Below, one piece after another: positions 52,501 through 64,000 of a stretch of 64,000 nt of DNA. The notes beneath the pieces are model-generated. The model saw only the letters and a list, made by a program, of their open reading frames with translations. It was not told the DNA's origin and did no database searches. Positions within the stretch are counted from its first letter, which is position 1. Every line of letters starts with the position of its first letter. The stretch comes from Antedon mediterranea (Eukaryota; Animalia; Echinodermata). The position numbers and the translations under genes are program-made. The stretch spans positions 37,330,437-37,394,436 of the forward strand of contig NC_092672.1 of the NCBI RefSeq assembly GCF_964355755.1, in the 5' to 3' direction.

Positions 52501-54416
52501 GAATTGATATATGGGCAAATCACATTTTTTTTCACATAAAATTTGATAGTGTAGACAGAGCTTAACAATGTTGGTTATATTTTCAGGATACAATTGCGCA
52601 GTTGAGAGCTAAGATGGCTCAGAATTCAAAAGAAAGCGAGGAACGAAATCGTGAACTACGTGACCAGCGTGAGGTCATTGCTCATCACTTCCATGAACTG
52701 AAGAGCCAGATGAATAGATTCCGTGAGAATGAACGAGCCAGACTGACGCAGTTAACGCTTCAGAGTAGTGCTGCTTTGAAGGAACTGCAAAGAAAAGTTG
52801 ATAAGGTTCACATTTTAACTTTTAAGTATTAAATTTAAGTACAGTATTATCATAATATAAAAATATATATTCAAGCATCTTTTGAAATTTGCCAAGAAAG
52901 AATAAGTGACAACACATCAACTTTCAATACTGCTAAAGCGTGGTTCCCACTAGAACGCAACACAGTGACGTATCAAGTGCTGTATTGCATGGCAAATACT
53001 GCTAAAGCGTGGTTCCCACTAGAACGCAACACAGTGACGTATCAAGTGCTGTATTGCATGGCAAATACTGCTAAAGCGTGGTTCCCACTAGAACACAACA
53101 CAGTGACGTATCAAGTGCTGTGCTAAAGCGTGGTTCCCACTAGAACGCAACACTGTGACGTATCAAGTGCTGTATTGCGTATGGCAAATAATGTTGTCGC
53201 CCAACTACAAAGGTTTGATTTCACACAGGCGAGGCAAACACAATGAATTTTCTTATATTGCATTGGTTGAGTTACATGCTAGTGGAAATCATACTTAAAG
53301 TATAAGATTATCCTGAATTAATAAAATAATAATGATGACTAAAAGATAATTTAAAAATAATATCCTATTTATAAGACTGTGTAAATGTATAAATTATTAA
53401 TCATCTGCTAAAAATAATGAATTTCCTCTTTTTAGGGTGAGAGAATTTTAAAGTTAGCTGAACAATGTAGGAAATTGGAGACGGAGGAGGAGAAGGTATT
53501 GCCTTTCTACGCCTCATCGCTGACAGAGGAAGAACAGCATGATGTTTCAGCAGCTGTTGCTGAAGCACCTTCAGAACCACTAGCAGAGGTAACATATTGC
53601 AGCAATATTCAGCATACTGTCCCTGGCCAGTGTCCAAATAAATGTATTAACTTTTAAGTGTAGTTTTATCTTGATAGTTGAGAACTTAAGTTTTGAAACC
53701 AAACTGGAAATACAAGAAAACTAAAAGCTGTCTACACTATCAAACTAGTTTGACAAAAAAAAGTGTGATGTGCCCATATATAATGGTTATATGGCCACAT
53801 CACATTTTTTTGTCACATACAATTTGATAGTATAGACGGAGCTTTAATTTCTCATTTTCTTTGTTGAAACTATTATTTTCTCCCTTTTTCCAGATAATGC
53901 ACGAGTACACGTCTCTGGAGAACTTCTGGAAACGATACAACAAGGTACTTCTGGATAAAGTGGCACTAGACAAAGAAAAGAGCACTTTAACAGACGAGAA
54001 TCAGAGGTTACGTGCTATTCTTAAGCAGTATCTGGATGGCATCTCTGTCAATGATGAGATACTTAGCCAACATAACCCACTGTTTGTGGTCAACCAACGG
54101 ACAAATGTTCAGTAAGTTGTTTTATTCGTGCTCATTCTCTCGCAAATTTTCGAAATAAATGTGGTGTGCTCACTTTGGCGCAGGCACCTGCACGACACCC
54201 CATTTGTTTGCCATTGTAGACATTGACTTTTAATTGACGTCTTAATATGTAATCATATGAAATCATTTTGTAGTTGTAAATTTTATTTATCTACATATAT
54301 ATATTGTTTATGTTTTTCTCTTTTTTAGAATGTCTATCCCTGTATTGGACCCTAGAATAAAACGACCAACACAGACTGTGGTAGAGGCTGCTCATGTCAT
54401 TAAACACACCATCTAA
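49514..54416 (+). CDS. CCDC65: Dynein regulatory complex subunit 2 (exons 49514-49660, 49796-50048, 50516-50739, 51227-51424, 52587-52805, 53436-53588, 53894-54111, 54329-54416; 499 aa)
   Basis: [86 protein letters not shown]. Phases are consistent. Confidence 0.95.
51590..51754. repeat. 16-bp tandem repeat (AATGTACAGTATGGAT)n
   Basis: About 10 perfect copies. Confidence 0.95.
51769..52562. mobile_element. MITE family A interrupted by an L2-type LINE 3' fragment (~51845-52506, +)
   Basis: MITE halves flank [28 protein letters not shown] and a (GAATT)n tail. ATATA duplication. Confidence 0.85.
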
Positions 54417-54804
54417 ACAAGTAGTTTACAATCCACTGCTATAAATATCATTTTAACAAACTATGTATTTTGGTTTAAAAAATCTGTGCATTTTTATTGA
54501 CTGAAAATATTTAACATATATGTTGTAAATAAAATTGTTATTAAAGTAATATTGTTCATTTTATTTATTGTTTAGAAATTAATGTATGTAAGAAAATACA
54601 ATGGTCGAAATTATGCCCTTTAAAAATACGAAAATACATCAAAATTATGCCCTTTAAAAATACGAAAATACATCAAAATTAGGCCCTTTAAAAATACGAA
54701 AATACATCAAAATTATTCCATATGGTGACTCAACCAATAACAGTTGCAACTGCATATAAAGCTCTGATTACACTAGTGATTTTACACTTTACATTTGTTT
54801 GTAC

Positions 54805-55790
54805 TATAGTACAGGAATTTTTTCGAAATATCCATTATTATTATGCGATAAGATTGCTATATATGCGTATATATTGCGTTATAATCATCTTATAGAGTGT
54901 TTGTAAACAGTTTAGTCAAAAAAGAAAAGGGTAGAAATTACAGGGAAATTTCCGAAAAATGGCCGATTTTCGACCCTTTTATTTGTTGACATAAATGGTT
55001 ACTATTGCATAATAAACATGTTTATTATTTTTTACGGAGTACTATCGACCCTTTTATTTTTTGACATAATAAACAAGCGCAGAGTCGACTAATGGGTTCT
55101 GCGCATGTTAATTGTGCTATCATAACCACTTTTGACATAAATGGTTACTATAGCACAATTGGCATGCGCAGAACCCATTATTCGACTCTGCGCATGTTTA
55201 TTATGGTATAGTAACCATTTATGTAAAAAGTGGTTACTTTTGACATAAATGGTTACTATAGCATAATAAACATGCGCAGAGTTGACTATGGTTTCTGCGC
55301 ATGTTAATTGTGCTATAGTAACCAGTTTTATCGAAAGATAAAAAGGTCGAAAATTTTGTCAATTTTTTTGAAAAAATCCCTGTACTGTAGTACATGGAAA
55401 TTTCCGAAAAATGGCCGATTTTCGACCCTTTTATTTTTTGACATAATAAACAAGCGCAGAGTCGACTAATGGGTTCTGCGCATGTTAATTGTGCTATAGT
55501 AACCAGTTTTATCGAAAAATAAAAAGGTTGAAAATTGGCAATTTTTTTGAAAAAATCCCTGTACTATAGTAGTGTTTGTAACCAGTTTTGTCGAAAAATA
55601 AAAGGGTCGGAATTTGGTCATTTTTGGAAAAAATCCCTAGTACAGGGATTTTTTTCCAAAAATTGCCAAAATATCCACTTTTTAAAATTCAATTATTATG
55701 CGATGATATTGCTATATATGCGTATATATTGCCTTATCATCATCTTATAGAGTGTTTGTAACCAGTTTTTTCGAAAAAGAAAGGGTCAAA
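54805..55790. repeat. Complex direct/inverted repeat cluster, probable decayed non-autonomous DNA transposon
   Basis: Repeated GCGCAGAGTCGACTAATGGGTTCTGCGC hairpins, and TTTTCGACCCTTTT modules in both orientations. Confidence 0.6.
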
Positions 55791-56067
55791 TTTGAAATGA
55801 TTGAACCAGCCTACAATATAGTGACTCAAATATTTAATTATATTGTGCAGAGCATAACATTCGAAAAAAATGGATGGAAAATAAATTATTTAGCTAGCAC
55901 TGTTAACCTGCCTTTAAATATTACTAAAACACCAAATTAAACAAAAAATCTTGGAAATGTTGAATTGATATATATAAATCCAAAGGCAAATTACTGAAAA
56001 AAATTACAATGCTGTGGGTATCAGTGGCTGGAGCTAATCAAAACGAGAAGTAAAACAGCCAGACAAG

Positions 56068-56110
56068 TTAGCAGAGCTTTCGGGCAACACTAGCCCTTCA
56101 TCAGTGCAAA
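56068..56110 (-). ncRNA. Minimal type I hammerhead ribozyme (Penelope-like element terminus relic)
   Basis: Minus strand TTTGCA-CTGATGA-A-GGGC-TAGTGTT-GCCC-GAA-AGCT-C-TGCTAA has the conserved core, helix II, palindromic helix III and short helix I. Confidence 0.65.
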
Positions 56111-57775
56111 AAAATCATACGGGCGGTTTAGAATTAATGTTCTTTGCCTCTTGTGTTTATATATATATATATATATAAAATCATTTATAATAAAGTATAA
56201 AATACTGTAAATTGGGTATAATACTTTTACATACAAATTAACATATGAAATGATGTAAATAATAAATAATATTCAGTTAATGGTAAGTGAAATATAATTT
56301 ATATGAAATGATACATTACAATTATAATATGTAATTAGGCTGAAAGCCAATGGAATATATTAAACCTATATTTAAACATCTTTTCATTTCAAATTTTGAA
56401 CAAAACATTCTAACAAATAACTTAATACAAAGTTATTTAAATTATTTTAAAAGAATTATTAACAAAAATCAGAATACTGTTATATACCCTTTTTTAGAAA
56501 TAAACAATTCAAAATACACAATTAGTAAGTCTATCCACAACTAAAGCATTTAGTAGGTCTATTACTTATAAAACTAGAAAATTATAAATGATTTTTTAGA
56601 TTGTGAAAAATATTATATAGGCTAATTTGCATAATTTGATCTCTATACTAATACATAATGTAAACTTATCAACATTTATTATTATTATTATTATCAATAA
56701 TTTATATCTCACAGGTCAGGTGCATTTTATCTAGTATAACTATATAGAAATCAGCATAACAGTCAAATAATGATTGAAATTTAACAGCTTTAAATGTGTG
56801 AATAACATCCAAAATGAGATTTAATATCGAATCCTTCCAATGCTGTACTATTTAAAGGATAAACTTTAGTGAATTTATCACTTATTTACCTTGTTATAGT
56901 GCTACCTATGAAGTAATATTACCAGAGTACACCAGACCCTCTAGATACAAACACAGATCTATCGCATTTATTGCACAAACGTTTGCATATAACTGTACAG
57001 TAATTTACAATGTAAAATATTACCAAATAACATGAACAACAAGCACATACATAATACCTGTATGATGTAAAGTTACATTCAATGGCGGATCCACGAATTC
57101 AAAAAAGTGACAAATATTTTGTCTTTAAACCACTGTCACGTCTAGACCATTTTTGCGACACAACAACTTATCTATCACTCTCACCATAGTTTACAGGGCA
57201 CGTAAAATCGATTTTGATAGCTATACCATAAACAATCTTACGAAAACACACGCTAAATATAATTATTTTTAAATGACTCGTATTCAATATATATCTACTT
57301 AAACTTTCTATTCTCATTATTGCATTATAAAAAATAAAATTACTATTGAACTATAAATTAATTATTAGTTTAAAATAATAAACATTAATAATATAGTAAG
57401 CTATTTGGTCTTTAAGTGAATTGGCCCAAACTAATGTATTACAGCATTCTTTCTACCTAATCTTATAATTAAAAAGTAAATTACAATGTTTTTTAATGCT
57501 ACAATATATCCTGATAATATATTTAAGTACGGTCTTAATCTAATGGAAGAATTAGGAGCCTAGCACCTAAAGTTTGATATTTTAATATGGAAGTAAGAAA
57601 TCAAGGAATACACATTATACAATAAACATCCAGGTACCTAATATTTAGCATCCAGGGTTTTGTTTTGTTTCAAAATCATCTCAATTATGACACATGTAAC
57701 ATATAGGCAACTGAATTATAGAAATATAGCATATGAACATGTTCATTGAGTTTCTACACATTTTCTCTCAAATTG

Positions 57776-58045
57776 TACATCCAGGGACCTCACACTTATA
57801 CATCCAGGGACCTCACACTTATACATCCAGGGACCTTGTCATTTTACATCCAGGGACCTCACACTTATACATCCAGGGACCTTGTCATTTTACATCCAGG
57901 GACCTCACACTTATACATCTAGGGACCTTGTCATTTTACATCCAGGGACCTCACACTTATACATCTAGGGACCTTGTCATTTTACATCCAGGGACCTCAC
58001 ACTTATACATCTAGGGACCTTATCATTTTACATCCAGGGACCTCA
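57776..58045. repeat. 23/26-bp minisatellite (CATCCAGGGACCTCACACTTATA / ...TTGTCATTTTA)
   Basis: Alternating tandem units. Confidence 0.9.
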
Positions 58046-58475
58046 ACTTGGGTGCCTCCTATTCTAGTAGAAATATAGAAGGCATGAACAAAAACCAATG
58101 CCATTTGTGCATCCAGGAACCTCTAAATGTACATAGACAGAGCAACATCACAATTTACATCTAGGGACCACATATTTTACAAATTATTGTCTATTACATT
58201 TTATGAATAATAAAAAGTAAGAATAATGAAATAAAAAATTGTTGATACTGTTAAAAGAAGTTTACCAGAATACATTGATGAAAACAATTTATGGCAAAAG
58301 CACATTTGGATACTGCAATCTAAAACAAACCACAAGCTGGAGCTGTAGATAAGTAGCAAATTAACACCGCTGCTGCAGCTAATCAGGGAACTGATCATAG
58401 GTTGTAGGTGAATGGGTGGGATTGTACTGGAGACCTCCACACGCCAACTGGCAGACAAACTGGCTGTTGAATCGT

Positions 58476-63579
<5,104 letters not shown>

Positions 63580-64000
63580 CTAAATGGTACAGAAGTAAAT
63601 ATAACAAGTTTGAAATCAATCAGGAAATGGGTTCAATGAACTTTAATAAAAAGTAATGAAATAAAAACAAAGATAGATATATTGGATAGACAAAGAAGAA
63701 GGGTGGAGTTTATAATGCATGGCAACTTTTACGTTAGAGAGTGAAGGGTGGGGAAGGGGAATATGCCATTACTCTTGCTGATACATGACATCTCAGAAGC
63801 TTGGTTCCCACTGGGATGCAATGCAAGGATGTAAGCACAACGCAACCGAATTGACCAATGACAAGCGACAGTTCAGATAATCCATCGCTTATGATTGGTC
63901 AAGTTACTTACGTTGCGCTTATGTCCTTTGGAACCAAGTTTAAATTGCAACTGTAGGAAGGGGGCCGTTAAACCCCTTGATACATGGAACCTTACCTCTG

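Overview
AT-rich, intron-rich invertebrate nuclear DNA (a marine deuterostome such as an echinoderm is my inference, not demonstrable). Seven host genes can be spliced by hand: the 3' end of a Ser/Thr kinase (+), selenoprotein H with an in-frame UGA and a SECIS (-), SGF29 (-), GTF2H3 (+), NUDT9 (-), CCDC65/DRC2 (+) and the 3' part of PI4KA (-). Introns and intergenic DNA are packed with MITEs, LINE fragments, SINEs, a Helentron-type element, satellites and a minimal hammerhead ribozyme. The most unusual object is an 11.6-kb element in NUDT9 intron 1 (34165-45779) with perfect 28-bp TIRs and a 7-bp TSD. It carries two convergent genes, one encoding a RAG1-N-terminal-like zinc finger and one an acidic tract plus ING-type PHD finger, and it hosts a nested ~9-kb foldback whose satellite monomers carry outward-facing CACAGTG-type heptamers. 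A second TIR element (10564-15970) carries a decayed protein-kinase exon. All family assignments are from motif recognition; no searches were run.
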